Shown: one piece after another, positions 39,688 to 53,200 of the stretch
Layout of the letters: every line of letters begins with the position of its first letter
How positions within the stretch are numbered: the stretch's first letter is position 1
Assembly (NCBI GenBank): GCA_951406725.2
Contig: OX597825.1
Coordinates: forward strand, 6,138,001-6,202,000
Origin: Octopus vulgaris
Taxonomy: Eukaryota
Direction of reading: 5' to 3'
DNA length: 64,000 nucleotides
Notes under the pieces: model-generated
Databases searched by the model: none
What the model was told of the DNA's origin: nothing
What the model saw: the letters and a program-made list of their open reading frames with translations, nothing else
Program-made: the position numbers and the translations under genes

Positions 39688-40122
39688 GTAAGTTAATTAT
39701 TTCCGTTTCTTAATCAAAATAAATCAACTTTTTGCAGTTTAAGTGTATTAACAGGATTTAAGTGTATCAACATAAATCATAATTCCATTTAATAAGCTTT
39801 TTATTTCATTTCTTTTGAGACTTTTACGAAGAATCCGACCTCCTCTGGTCTCAGGTTCCTCTCAAAAACCATTTCCAGGTCTGGAGACGTCGAATTCTTC
39901 AATAATTTCAGTTTTAAATAATGGAAACGGTTAAAAAAATGAATTGGGAATTGGTTAGGGACTAAAGTTCTGTTTTCCAAATTGAAAATTCGTTTCGAAA
40001 TTGTTTACTTAAAGGAAAAGCGCCGAACCTTCTTTGAGATGGAATCACTGAAGACAGAATAAATTTTGATCTGATTTGAAAGGAATTCCTTGCTTGCGGT
40101 GGTGATCGATATTGAAAATGCC

Positions 40123-40341
40123 GGTACTACTCGAGAACAGTGGTCCTGGTGCGCGCACTCGCGCTAGCTAGTCGTGACTAGTCGATCCTACAAACGACTA
40201 CATAGCAAAAGTAAATAAAACACAAAGTAAATCATTTTTATTAAACGAAGTAAATAAAACACAAAAACACAGTAAGGATCGACTAGTCACGACTAGCTAG
40301 CGCGAGTGCGCGCACCGGGACCACCGTTCTGAAGTAGGACC
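40123..40341. mobile_element. 219-bp inverted-repeat element (67-bp TIRs, GG...CC ends) between 127/128-bp direct repeats
   Basis: TIR GGTACTACTCGAGAACAGTGGTCCTGGTGCGCGCACTCGCGCTAGCTAGTCGTGACTAGTCGATCCT and its near-perfect reverse complement. Direct repeats are at 39995-40122 and 40342-40468. Confidence 0.85.
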
Positions 40342-41768
40342 TCGAAATTGTTTATTTAAGAAAAAGCACCGAACCTTCTTTGAGACGGAATCACTGAAGA
40401 CAGAATAAATTGTGATCTGATTTGAAAGGAATTCCTTGCTTGAGGTGGTGATCGATATTGAAAATGCCATAGTTTATTGTTCAGAATTAATGATTGTATT
40501 GGTTATATGCTGCTGGAATCATCGAAGAATTAAACAAAATCCTTTCTTCTTTGGTTCTTGCATTCCTTGTTGATCCGATCTGATGGTTGGCGGCAATTTA
40601 TTATAAGCAATCTGTTTTGTGGAAGGTGTTTATAAGCCATTTCAGAAACACAAAAACCGTTAAATTCACTTCAACATTTTAAATTTAAATGTATATATTA
40701 TGATGGACTTTGCAGATGTACCTACGTGAACACACAGGTACATGAATACATACACACGCACACTAATACATATGTGACTTTTGGAACACCAAGGAGAGAA
40801 AAGGGCACCAAGCAAAGAGGCGGGGTTTGTTAAGTTGACGGCAGTTTCTGTACGTACGTACATGCATAGGTACATACGTACATATAGGCGCAGGAGTGGC
40901 TGTGTGGTAAGTAGCTTGCTTACCAACCACATGGTTGTGGGTTCAGTCCCACTGCATGGCACCTTGGGCAAGTGTCTTCTACTATAGCCTCAGGCCGACC
41001 AAAGCCTTGTGAGTGGATTTAGTAGATGGAAACTGAAAGAAGCCCGTCGTATATATGTATATATATGTGTGTGTATATGTTTGTGTGTCTGTGATTGTCC
41101 CTCTAGCATTGCTTGACAACCGATGCTGGTGTGTTTATGTCCCCGTTACTTAGCTGTTCGGCAAAAGAGACCAATAGAATAAGTACTGGGCTTTCAAAGG
41201 AATAAGTTCCGGGGTTGAGTTGCTCGATTAAAAGGCGGTGCTCCAGCATGGCCACAGTCAAATGACTGAAACAAGTAAAAGAGAAAGAGAAATACGTACG
41301 TTTATACGTAAACATACACGTTTGTTCCTTCTCGAGCCATGCCTGGCTCATAAGGGCCGGTTTCCTTGGCGTATAGGTTCCCCACCTGGATGCCGGTCTG
41401 TCGCAGGTGAGCTGCAAGATGCAGGAGGAAAGAGTGAGAGCAGAAGTTCGCCATTACCTTCTGCCGCGTGGAGCTTAGGTGTTTTGCTCATAAACACACA
41501 CATCGCCCTGTCTGAGATTCGAACCTGCATTCCCTCGACCGCGAGTCCGCTACTCTAACCACTAGTCCATGTACCTCCACACACATACACCACACCACAC
41601 ATACATCTTATCAAAGGTAGCTTAGAAGTGGTTCTTCATTGAGTGTGCAGATATACATTAAGACAGATAATGAACAAAAAAGACAGGTAATTGTTCAGTT
41701 TAATGATATAAAAAAACTAAATAAAATGAAGGGGGAGGAGATAAGTAGTAAAAGAAGCCGCTTACTTT

Positions 41769-42140
41769 TTATACAACATAAAAACTGGTGGTCGCCACCA
41801 GAAAGTGAACAAATGTCTTTTTTTCCTCAGTAGAAGTACAACAGAGAAACAATTTGTCTGATGTCCCAAACTGTCGTCTCAACTTCCGTGTCATCCACAT
41901 ATTTTCCACATTTTGTGTCTGGTTGTCTTGATCATGAGGATCAACAAAATATTGGTGTATAACCACCTCCTGCATGTAGACACCACCGTTGAGGATAGCG
42001 ATGTTATTATATGCTCGCCATCCATCGCTGACTATGACCCTGGCAAAATCCACCTTTGTATTAATTAGCTCAGGTAAAGTTTCTTCTGCACGATCAGGTA
42101 CTTCTACCTAAAAACACTTTCTTGGCCATCGAATACCCAG
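41769..42140 (-). mobile_element. Merlin (IS1016/IS1595-like DDE) transposase remnant
   Basis: Encodes VIVSDGWRAYNNI...VIHQYFVDP...TQNVENMW...KLRRQFGT, matching the SDxWxAY / FVDP / TQxxExxW pattern. Confidence 0.8.
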
Positions 42141-42700
42141 TGTCCCTTTTCGTCTTTTTCTACTTATTTATCCATAATTTTGGATCAAATCCTGGCAGGG
42201 ACACTAGCTAGAAGCAGGATAATAATCTAATTCTTCACTTTATCACATTCAAGAATATAAACACGTTTTTAAACACAACATACGTGGAGTGAAAAAGAAA
42301 CACCACCTTTCACCAGCACTGTGCAAACCACAGTGTTCTCTCTCCCTAGCATGAAGCTTCCTGTCTTGCACATATGAGCATGTGCACAACAGCCAAGCAC
42401 ACAGTTCTATACAAGGATTTTTGTATTTTTTTCATAAACCAGGGGATGGCTACTGACATAAGCTTCAGGATTATATAATGTACAAGTATAAAGAAAGAAT
42501 TAAAGGACTCATTATATTGAATGTTATCGATAATATCAAGTGGAAATAGGGGGTGCTGCAGTTCCCCAGAGCCTACACACAAGCTACCATTGCTGAAATA
42601 TCAAGACTTGGCATAGTGGTATGTTTTTTTTTTCGTTTTGAAATCTTAAATATTTCTTGTTTTTTTAAAATTTGTCTTTTCAGATATCCTGATATTCACT

Positions 42701-45700
42701 ATGTCAGATCAAGTCATTGAGTTTAAGTTGAAGAATCCACCGACCGATGGAATTTCAGCTGTGAAATTTGGACCCAATTCTAACCAGTTTTTACTTGTGT
42801 CATCATGGGACAGCAGTGTACGTCTCTACGATGTCATTAGCAACAATATGAGGATGATGTACAACCACAGTTGTGCTGTTTTGGATTGTTGCTTCCATGT
42901 GAGTAAAACTTTAATTCAGTATTTGTTTTCTTTTGTTTTTGTGTGTGAAATTTATACTTGACCCTTTCCAAGGGTCATTGTGGTTATATTCTGTGCCCCC
43001 TTAATTAATAGGTGATCAGGTGCCTGGTTGGTTTCTTGAAGTTAGTGATGTAAACCATCTGGTCATTTGCATCAAAGAACTCAAAGATCCTTGTTTCCTT
43101 GTTGTTTCTAGGACCAACGCTGTAACCTCCATGTACGAAAAGGTTTGGTTAGAGGCCCAAATTTCTGAGTTCTTTTACAGGGCTTAGAAAAACTGAAGGA
43201 CCACTGCAAGAAGTGTGTGAATCTGAGAGGGGAATATGTTGAATAAAATCATAACTGATCCTCCTATATTTTCTTCTTTTATCCGAAACCAGGAACTTTT
43301 CGGTACCTGCTAGTACATCATGGAGTTCCCTGGGTTGCTGCTCAGCATACTTGTTTAAGGCCACCAGCCACGAAGATAAGGTCATTGTTATGTATCAAGG
43401 TAATCTGCAAAAGGACTTGATAGAATCGGTCCTTTTGTTCATCTACAAGTCCTGTTTAAGGAGCATGAATGTTGCTGCTGTTTTTTCTATCTCAATCCCC
43501 TTATTTATCCATTTCTCAGCCTTTCATCATCCTTACAAGGTCTCACTTGATTACTTTGTTTGCACCTAACGCTTCACCCAAGCCTTCCTTCCCTGAATAA
43601 ACGTCTCTGAAATACCCTCTCCACTAAGTTTTTCCTAAAGATGTTTGGTATGAACATCTCCATAAACGTTACTAGATTGGGGAAGATTTGTTGTAAGGAA
43701 ATGGTCAGGTCAGCCTCCAGGAAATATATTTAATTAATATTTAAGCATTACTTTAATTCAAAACACTATGAATAAATTAGCATGATGATGATAATACTTT
43801 TAACAGAATGCTAACGGGTTAATTAAGTATGTAGGTGTTAATTATTTCCATCTTTACCTAACAACTAATCTGTTTAAGAAACGACAGTTGCCGTCAATTT
43901 GACTTTGTTGCCTTATTTCTGTTATTTTTCTTCCAGGATTCCGTACATGTCTACAGCGGTGGCATTGACGACACTTTGAAGTCATACGACTTCAATGCCA
44001 ATGTAGGTGTGTATTTTTTCAGGTAATCTTTGGTATTTTGGAGTTGTTGAGTATTTGAGAAAATAAATTCAAGCCATCATCATCACCATTAACATCATCC
44101 TTTAACGTCTGTTTTCTGTGCTGGCATGGGTTGGACAGTTTGATGCCTTTCCTAATGCCAACCACTTTTCAGTATGTAAATAAGAACAAAATATCTTTGG
44201 TGCATGGCAGATGTAGCAAGCTGTGAATGGATTTGCAAATAACCCCTAATTTTCAGTCAGTGATATGAAGTAGATTTATCAAATTTTCTTCTTCCTTTCT
44301 TTTAGAGACTACTGTCGGTAAACATGATGCGCCGATCCGTTGTGTAGAGTATTGTTCGAGTGTGAATGTTATTGTGACTGGAAGCTGGGATCACAGCGTC
44401 AAACTGTGGGATCCCCGATCTCCGTGCAGTTCTGGAGGACTCGCCCAACCAGATAAAGTAAGTTCATTTTGCTTCCCTTTGGACTCTGTTGTTAAACTAT
44501 TGGTAAAAAGTCAAAGTTTGTTTACTATTAACACTTTAGCATTTAAACTGGTCATCTCTGGCCTAAATTTTCTACTGGTTTCATGTTCAAACTGGCCGGA
44601 TTCTGCCTCTCACACTAACCCTACAATGTCATTCTAAAAATAAACAATCAAGTTATCGAAATCTTGAAGCTAGGGGATAATCCATGATTAATCCAAAGCA
44701 GTGTGAATAAATGAACAGTTGAGAGAGTAATCTGAATGCTAAAAGGATTACTCTCTCTACTCTTTTACTTGTTTCAGTCATTTGACTGCGGCCATGCTGG
44801 AGCACTGCCTTTAGTCGAGCAAATCGACCCCAGGACTTATTCTTTGTAAGCCCAGTACTTATTCTATCGGTCTCTTTTGCCAAACCGGTTATGGGGACGT
44901 AAGCACACCAGCATCGGTTGTCAAGAGATGTTGGGGGGACAAACACAGACACACAAACATATACATACACATATATACGACGGGCTTCTTTCAGTTTCCG
45001 TCTACCAAATCCACTCACAAGGCTTTGGTCAGCCCGAGGCTATAGTAGAATACAGTTGTCCAGGGTGCCACGCAGTGGGACTGAACCCAGAACCATGTGG
45101 TTGGTAAGCAAGCTACTTACCACACGGCCGACACAGAAGAGTGTAGGAGAAAGTGGAAGGGGTCAGTTACAAATCAGAGAGAAACAAAGAAATAATGGGC
45201 AAAACGGGAGATTTGGAGTTAAGAGAATTTCTACTGCTCTGAATGCAGATTTGAATCTACTTGTAAGTCGGGGAGAAAAAATGAGACTATTCAATTTTGC
45301 GAACTTTATTAGATTTTTTTAATATCAGTTTTATTGAATACTAGCTTAAAAACCGTACTCCGTGCTGACTTTTAAGTTAGCTCCTGTAGAGGGCTAATTG
45401 GGCCTGAAGACCCAAACTAGAGAGAGCAATAATGATAAAGCATTTATTGGTACCTTACCAATATGGTATAACCCCCACCAATATGGTATGACTTTAAATT
45501 CAGTTTTAATGAAAATCTTTAAAGTTAGCAAATTTTTGGAGTTCTTTTAAAATTGGAATTTTCAACTGTTAGCATCTAACAAATCCCCATCAAGACCTGA
45601 TCCCAATGCTGGATGTTCAAGAACCAAATGAAGGGCAGATTTTCAATCCTGGTTTCACCCTGATTCCTGATCATCATCATCGTTTAGCGTCCGCTTTCCA

Positions 45701-48700
45701 TGTTAGCATGTGTTGGACGGTTCAACTGGGGTCTGGGAAGCCGGAAGGCTGCACCAGGCCCAGTCTGATCTGGCAATGTTTCTACAGCTGGATGCCCTTC
45801 CTAATGCCAACCACTCCGTGAGTGTAGTGGGTGCTTTTTACGTGCCAGATGGGGCTGGCAAACGGCCACAGACGGATGGTGCTTTTTACGTGCCACCGTA
45901 GAGCAAATATAGATTAAGATACTGGGGCTCCGGACAGACAGAACTTTGTATTTATTATTATAGGTCATAATGATAAGACTATTGGAAAGGTTGCAAGATG
46001 CAACGAAAATTTTAGGAGAATAAAAACAAGAAATAAGTGGAAATTTTACCGATGAGTGTGTTACATTATAAGGCACCAAAAGAGAATGACTCTCCCCAGA
46101 CACAACAGAATATTATGGGTAAGTTCTTTATTCATTTTTCCAGTTCCGTAGAGTTATGTGTTTTGTACATTGCCTTTTTTAGGTGTATACCTTAGCTGTG
46201 TGCGGTGACAGATTGGTTGTTGGCACTGCCGGAAGAAGAGTTTTGGTGTGGGATTTACGAAACATAGGCTATGTCCAGCAGAGAAGAGAGTCAAGTTTAA
46301 AATTCCAGACTCGATGTATAAGATGTTTCCCAAACAAACAAGGATATGTTTTGAGTTCAATTGAAGGTGGGTGATTTTCTTCCTTTTATCATTTACATAT
46401 GAGGGGTTGCAGAAAAGTTCTTGGTTTTTGGTAAAAGAAAATACAGGAAAATAGTAGAGATTTTCTTTTGGTTTCTTGGTAGAAACAAATTGGAAATAAC
46501 ACTCACTGACCAAAGACAAGAAATAATGGTGTTACACTGTGTTATTGGTCCACCCTTTTTTTAAAACTTTTGCTATTGAGTCAAGTGCATTGAGTCAAGT
46601 ATATTGAGTCAAGTGCATCAAAATCAAAATCGAATCAAACCACAATCAAATAGAAATTGTAGTTGTGGCTGATGCCAGTGCTGCCTGACTGGCTCTTATG
46701 CTGGTGGCACTCAATAAGCACCATTCATGCGTTGGTTGTTGCCAGTGTCGCTTGACTGGCTCCCTGTGCCGGTCTGGTAGCAAGTAAAAAGCACCATCCA
46801 AACCTGGTCAATGCCAGCCCTCCTCACTCTGACTGGCTCCTGTGCCGGTGGCACATAAAATGTACCATCCGCACATGGCTGATGCCAGAGCTGTCTAACT
46901 GGCTCCCGTGCTGGCTCCCATGCACATAAAAAGCACCATCCGAACATTGTCGATGCCAGCCCCATCGCCCCGTCTGGCCCCACTACACTTGAAGTGGTTG
47001 CTGTTAGGAAGGGTATCCAGCTGTAGAAACACTGTTAGATCAGATTGGAGCCTGGTGTGGCCTCCTGGCTTGCCAGACCCCACTCAAACTGTCCAACCCA
47101 TGCCAGCATGGAAAACGGACGTTAAACGATGATGATGATGATGATGATGCTTTATTTCATTTTTGATTTTAGGTCGAGTTGCTGTTGAATACCTTGATCC
47201 CAGTCCTGAAGTGCAAAAGAAGAAATATGCTTTCAAATGTCATCGAATCAAAGAAAACGGTGTTGAGAAAATCTATCCAGTGAATTCCATTGCTTTCCAC
47301 AATACTCACAACACATTTGCCACAGGTGGTTCTGACGGGTTTGTAAATATATGGGATGGCTTCAACAAGAAAAGACTCTGTCAGTTCCATAAGTAAGTCA
47401 ATACAAAGTGTTTTTTTTTTTGAGATATCATTGTTAATATATTTTAGAATTGTTAGTTTGGTTACTCAGGTGCAAAACCTGTTGAGGCAGATGGAAAAGA
47501 CAAATTGGCAAATATGTTTATTGGTTGATATTTTTTATCTGAATTTCAAGGAACCTCTTTTTATGTATGGCTGTGTGGTAAGAAGCTGGCTTCCAAACCA
47601 CATGGCTCTGGGTTCAGTCCCACTGCGTGGCACCTTGAGCAAATTTCTTCTACTATAGCCTTGAGCCAACCAAAGCCTTATGAGTGGATTTGGTCGATGG
47701 AAACTGAAAGAAGCCTATTGTATGTCTTTGTGTCTGTCCTGCACCACTACCATTTGACAAATGGTATCAGTGTGTTTTGGCGGCGTGCTGGCAGAAGCGT
47801 TAGCACGCCGGGTGAAATGCTTAGTGGTATTTCGTCTGCTGTTACGTTCTGAGTTCAAATTCCACCGAGGTTGACTTTGCCTTTCATCCTTTCGGGGTCG
47901 ATAAATTAAGTACCAGTTACGCACTGGGGTCGATGTAATCGACTTAATCCGTTTGTCTGTCCTTGTTTGTTCACTCTATGTTTAGCCCCTTGTGGGTAGT
48001 AAAGAAATAGGTATCAGTGTGTTTACATCCCCATAACTTAGCAGTTTGGCAAAAGATCTGATAGAATAAATACTAGGTTTTAAAAAAGGAGCCCAGCATG
48101 GCCACAGTCAAAAGGTGATTTGCTGTGCTTGAGAAGACATGTCCAGCTATACACACAAGCTTGTCCTTTGTGGCCAGGCACCCCTTCCCCACATTCACAC
48201 ACACAATCTCCTCTGTCGGAACTCCCCCACCACTGCAGGCCTCCCCATCACCTTACTCTTCCTCTTGTTTCTACCCACAGTCTCCATCCGTGCTGGTGTT
48301 TTGAGAAGAGTATGTTCATCCATGATTTTGTATTGGTTTCCATTCCAGTAAGACGGACTGAAGAATCTCTTATAATAATGAGCGTAGTGTTTTGTAAAGA
48401 GTAGCATAAGTGAAGGGTGTGGAGAGAAAAGAGTAATTCAGTGAAGGAGAAGTAGTGAGAGTAATAGCCATGACTGAGAGGGAGTGAGGGAAAGTAATAG
48501 CAATGAGAGAGAGGAAGTGGCAAAGAGAGCATCGTGTATCTTCTACTACATGTTGTGTTTTTCTCTGTAACAACATATGAATGAGAAAGGAAGGGGTGAT
48601 AGAAGAATAAGGAAGGGGTGGAAAAAATCAAACAGCGTTTCAACTCTGCATATAAGTGTGTGTGCATGTACAAGGGAAGTATGTGAATGTATGTGTGAGC

Positions 48701-50212
48701 CAGTGTTCTTTCATTAACAGACGATGATCGATGTCACATCTCAAAAGACAACCACTTGGTAACATTGACAAGTCTGTTAATTTGAATTACCATCCATATT
48801 CTATCTTTTATTAAAAATAATAATTAATAATTAATAATAATTACAATGGCCTAGTGGTTAGGGCAGCGGACTCGCGGTCGCAGGATCGCGGTTTCGATTC
48901 TCAGACCGGGCGTTGTGTGTGTTTATTGAGCGAAAACACCTAAAAAGCTCTACGAGGCTCCGGCAGGGGGTGGTGATCCCTGCTGTACTCTTTCACCACA
49001 ATGGCGGTGCCCCAGCATGGCCACAGCTCAAGAGCGGAAACTGGAAAAACAAAACAAAACAAAACAATCACACACACCTACACAAATATATACATATATA
49101 AACTCATTAGAGAAAATGATTATTGCCTGAGCGTATCACGAATATAAAACGACTGCAGTTGAAAAGTATATAATAAATACACATTTAGCAGTTTCTTTAT
49201 GTTCCTAATTTATTTATATTAAAAAATCTATGTAATAAATTTTGAATAGGGAGTTTTTACAACATCATCTATAAGTCACGGACTGCTTTTTGTGGCTTCA
49301 TGTCGTATGAGTTTAGGTTGGTTTCAGTAATGGAGAGCACAACTGAAAGGAAATGTTGCTTTAAAATTTAGTTACCGCCAGATTTAAGTGGCCTTAAGTC
49401 ATACAAGAAAGAAGGAAAACTTAAAATTTCTTTTTGAAGGAAACAAGCATCAAGGGATGTTAGTTGTGGATCGATTTTTCACAAAAGAAAATTGGGAGCA
49501 AAAGAATTACTTAGCTAAAAACTTGGTTTTGTACCATATCTTTGTATATAAAAGTGAAGTTGTGTGTCTGTCTTCTACGATTTAGATTCCTAACTACTCC
49601 CACATTTTGCGGCGCAGTGTAACCAAAAGCGGGTATCTTATAGTCGTGATTCATATCGAGCCCTTCTGGGTATTAGCGCACGTCTACGATGAGTCTACGA
49701 TTTAAAAAAAAAATTTACCATCATTTCTTCCCATTTTTAATGCATGTTTTGCTATTATATAAGGGAAGTAACTCTCTAAAAATGCTTATATAGTTATTTT
49801 CCTTACAAACCCGAGCAACGCCGGGCGATACTGCTAGTTTATATATAAAATACTACAATTAGCCGTCATTTTTGATGGCACAGGGCCAGGTAGTTGTGTA
49901 ATAACCACAGATGTTTTCAGCTGACTGAATGTGTAAGAAAGAGAGAGAGAGAGAGAGTTGCGGATGGAGTGGAGAAGAAACCACTGATAATGTCCAGTAA
50001 CAGAATGTCTGAAATACTTAAAAATCTTTAAAAAATTATTGTTGTTTTTCAGGTATCCAACGAGTATCTCTTCATTGGCTTTCAGTCATGATGGTAGCAC
50101 GCTTGCCATCGCATCTTCATATATGTACGAATCGGATGAAATGAAGGAGGTACCCGAAGACACTGTATTCATTCGCAATGTGACCGACCAGGAAACCAAA
50201 CCTAAATCATAA
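42701..50212 (+). CDS. BUB3: Mitotic checkpoint protein BUB3 (WD40), 6 coding exons, 327 aa
   Basis: Exons 42701-42898, 43937-44006, 44306-44457, 46183-46366, 47173-47392 and 50053-50212 total 984 nt in frame. Motifs include [72 protein letters not shown] and [11 protein letters not shown]...[10 protein letters not shown]. Confidence 0.97.
46575..47150 (+). mobile_element. Repeat family C (RTE 3' UTR-derived, (GAT)n tail), representative copy
   Basis: About 65-70 bp sub-repeats, then GGAAGGGCATCCAGCTGTAGAAAC...GGACGTTAAACGATGATGAT. More than 15 copies occur on both strands, e.g. 1-90, 990-1390, 4840-5240, 10050-10285, 35915-36270, 51860-52210(-), 56540-56880(-), 59440-59810, 60630-60985(-), 62340-62830. 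Confidence 0.8.
48845..49050 (+). mobile_element. tRNA-derived SINE family D
   Basis: Head TGGCCTAGTGGTTAGGGCAGCGGACTCGCGGTC...GGTTTCGATTC, then GTTTATTGAGCGAAAACACCTAAA. Minus-strand relatives lie at about 4135-4420, 21520-21750 and 41330-41580. Confidence 0.75.
49539..49837 (+). mobile_element. Non-autonomous Helitron
   Basis: A|TC 5' end, 3' hairpin CCCGAGCAACGCCGGG, then CTAG|T; no target-site duplication. Confidence 0.8.
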
Positions 50213-50251
50213 ATTTTTTTTTAGTTTTTCTTCTTATTTTAATTACATTGA

Positions 50252-50257
50252 AATAAA
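50252..50257 (+). promoter_or_regulatory. Probable BUB3 polyadenylation signal
   Basis: AATAAA 40 nt after the stop codon, with a GT-rich tract downstream. Confidence 0.5.
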
Positions 50258-53200
50258 ATTAACAAACATGTGGTATTGTTGAGTTTAAAAATTTTTTTCA
50301 TCTCTTTTATAACCTGGAATTATTGAAAATATCACAGACTGAAACTAGAGAAATATATGTTTTATATAAGCTAAGCGAAGGAAGAGAGGCAGTGTCCGGT
50401 CGATGCCAGGTCCACCTGACTGGCTCCTGTGCCAGCGGCACGTAAAAAACACCAACTGATCGTGACCGATTTTACATCCCCATAACATAGCAGTTTGGCA
50501 AAAGAGACCGATAGAATAAGTGTTAGGCTTACTAAGAATAAGTTCCGGGGTCGATTTGTTCAACTAAAGGCGGTGCTCCAGCATGGCCGCAGTCAAATGA
50601 CTGAAACAAATAAAAGAATCAAAACTGCATATCAGCAAAAATTCTAAAGGATCCTAAATTGTTGATTGAAAATCAGTCAAGTGTGAATCACGGTAATCAC
50701 AGGTGTGAATACATGTGGTTTAGTAGTTTGGGGTATTCAGCTCGTGATTGTTGTTGTTGTTGTTGTTGTTAAGCAACAAGACGGGTAAGGGTGATTAGGT
50801 GATGGTCTGGGGCTTAGGGGCGGGAGACACCAGACCTTGGAAAAAAAAAAAAACTTTGGTCGTCTTGTAGTCAAGGGCTCTTTGTTGACGCCCGACACCA
50901 CTGGGGGTGGGTGGGGGTGGCCCTCGAAGTCTCTGGAAATGGAAATCTCCAGGTCCAAATTCTTGGACGGCAGCTCATGATTGTGAGGCAGAGAGTTCAA
51001 TTCCAGGCAAGGCATTGTGACCTTGAGCAAGACACTTTATTTCATGTTGCCTCAGTCCACTCAGCTGGCAAAAATGTACCTGTAATTCAAATGGGTCAGC
51101 CTTGTCACACTGAATCTCCTGGAGAACTACGTTAAGGGTACGTGTGTCTGGAGAAATGTTAGGTGGCGAGCTGGCAGAAACGTTAGCGCGCCGGGCGAAA
51201 TGCTTACCGGTATTTCGTCTGCCGCTACATTCTGAGTTCAAATTCTGCCGAGGTTGACTTTGCCTTTCATCCTTTCAGGGTCGATTAAATAAGTACCAGC
51301 AATGCACTGGGGTCGATATAATCGACTTAATACCTTTGTTCTCTCTGTGTTTAGCCCCTTGCGGGTAGTAAAGAAATAGGTACGTTTGTCTGGAGTGTTC
51401 ATCCACTTGCAGATTAATTTCATGTGCAGGCTGTTCTTCCATTGATAGAATCGACTGGAACCCTTTGTTACCATAACCGACGGAGTACCAGTAATTGCAG
51501 CTTAGAAGAAGAGTAGAAAAGAACACCTGGTTGTGGAAAAGAGTTCAAGACAAACACAATTACAGAGGAATGATGGAGTTATGTGGGGAGTTAGGCCAGG
51601 TTCAATACCAGCTGTTTCCAATGACTTCACTGGTCAGTTTGAACGGTCTGCAAAACCCAGCAACTGGACTACTACTGACTTTAAAAATGAACCACGATAG
51701 AGGACAATTACCTTTCTTCACTTCCATCTAAGCACAATCACCAATCACACAAGCTGTCCAGTTAAATTGCTTAAGGTGAGCACAACATTCTCTTACAGAA
51801 TTAGGCTGCTGCATCATCATCATCATCACCACCACTGCCGCCACCACCATCATCATCATTTAATGTCCATTTTCCATGCTGGCATGGGTTGGACAGTTTG
51901 ACTGAGGTCTGGAAAGCCAGGAGGCTGCACCAGGCTCCAATCTTATCTGGCAGTGTTTCTACAGCTGGATGCCCTTCCTAATGCCAACCACTCTGAGAGT
52001 GTAGTGGGTGCTTTTTACTTGCCTCCCGGCACAAGAGCCTGTCAGTGGATACTGGCATCGGCCATGATCGGTTGGTGCATTTTATGTGCCACCAACATGG
52101 GAGCCAGTGAGGTGGGCCTGGCATCGACCACGTTCGGTTGGTGCTTTTTACGTGCCACCGGCATGGGAGCCAGTCTCGGGGTACTGGTATCAGATACGTT
52201 TGGTTGGTGCTTTCCCACCTCTATTTCATCAGTTGCCTTTGGAACTGACATTCCAGTTTCAAATATTAGCAATAAACCAGATGATGAACATAAATAACAG
52301 ACTTTTTTTTGTTTTTGGTGCTTTTACATCATTTGTCAAATTAATCTCATTATTAAACTGTAAAGTGGAGATTTTTGTTTGGATGCAAAGAAGCCAAAAC
52401 AGAGGAGAACTGACAAGAGAAAACCATCTCTATATGGAAAGTGTGTTGTATCATAACTTGTATAAATAATGTCAGAGAAAATGAAATGATGTAAAGATAT
52501 GGAACAATAAAGACGAATCTTTCCAATAAAATAACTTTCATTGAATCAAGTGGTTGGCAAGAAGTAAGTTTACAAACTTCAGTTGAATTTAAAAGTAACC
52601 AGCCTCCCCTGGCCCCCGTGCTGGTGGCATGTAAAAAGCACCCACTACACTCACGGAGTGGTTGGTGTTAGGAAGGGCATCCAGCTGTAGAAACACTGCC
52701 CGATCAGATTGTAGCCTGGTGCAGCCTCCTGGCTTCCCAGACCCCGGTCAAACCGTCCAACCCATGCTAGCATGGAAAGCAGACGTTAAACGATGATGAT
52801 GATGATAACGTACATATTTTTTGGCAATAAGAGTGTTCTTGACTACAAAAAGAAGGAACTATTTGTGTGTGTGAGAGAGAAAGCATATAATTATGTATTT
52901 CAATGAGCTGTTAGAATAATGAATGCTACAATAAGGTCCAAATGTCTTAATCATATACAGAAGTATATAAAACAACGTGCAAGCACCATGGGCTAAGTAC
53001 GGATAAACTCTTATTTACAAAACGGAATGAGCTCACAACCTGAAGGTTTTGCTTCGAAATCATCATCGTTTAACACCCGTTTTCCATGCTGGCATGGGTT
53101 GGATAGTTTAACAGGCGCTGCCTAGGCTCCAGTTGTCTGTTTTGGCATGGGTTCTATGGTTGGATGCCCTTTCTAACACCAATCACTTTACAGTGGTTGG

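Noticed and set aside
46576-46620. Three tandem 14-bp units (ATTGAGTCAAGTGC)
   Set aside because: A local slippage duplication at the 5' edge of a family C copy, with no evidence of function.
48845-48915. Possible tRNA gene
   Set aside because: It has A/B boxes but no complete cloverleaf, and it continues into a dispersed SINE body. The same applies to the other tRNA-like heads.
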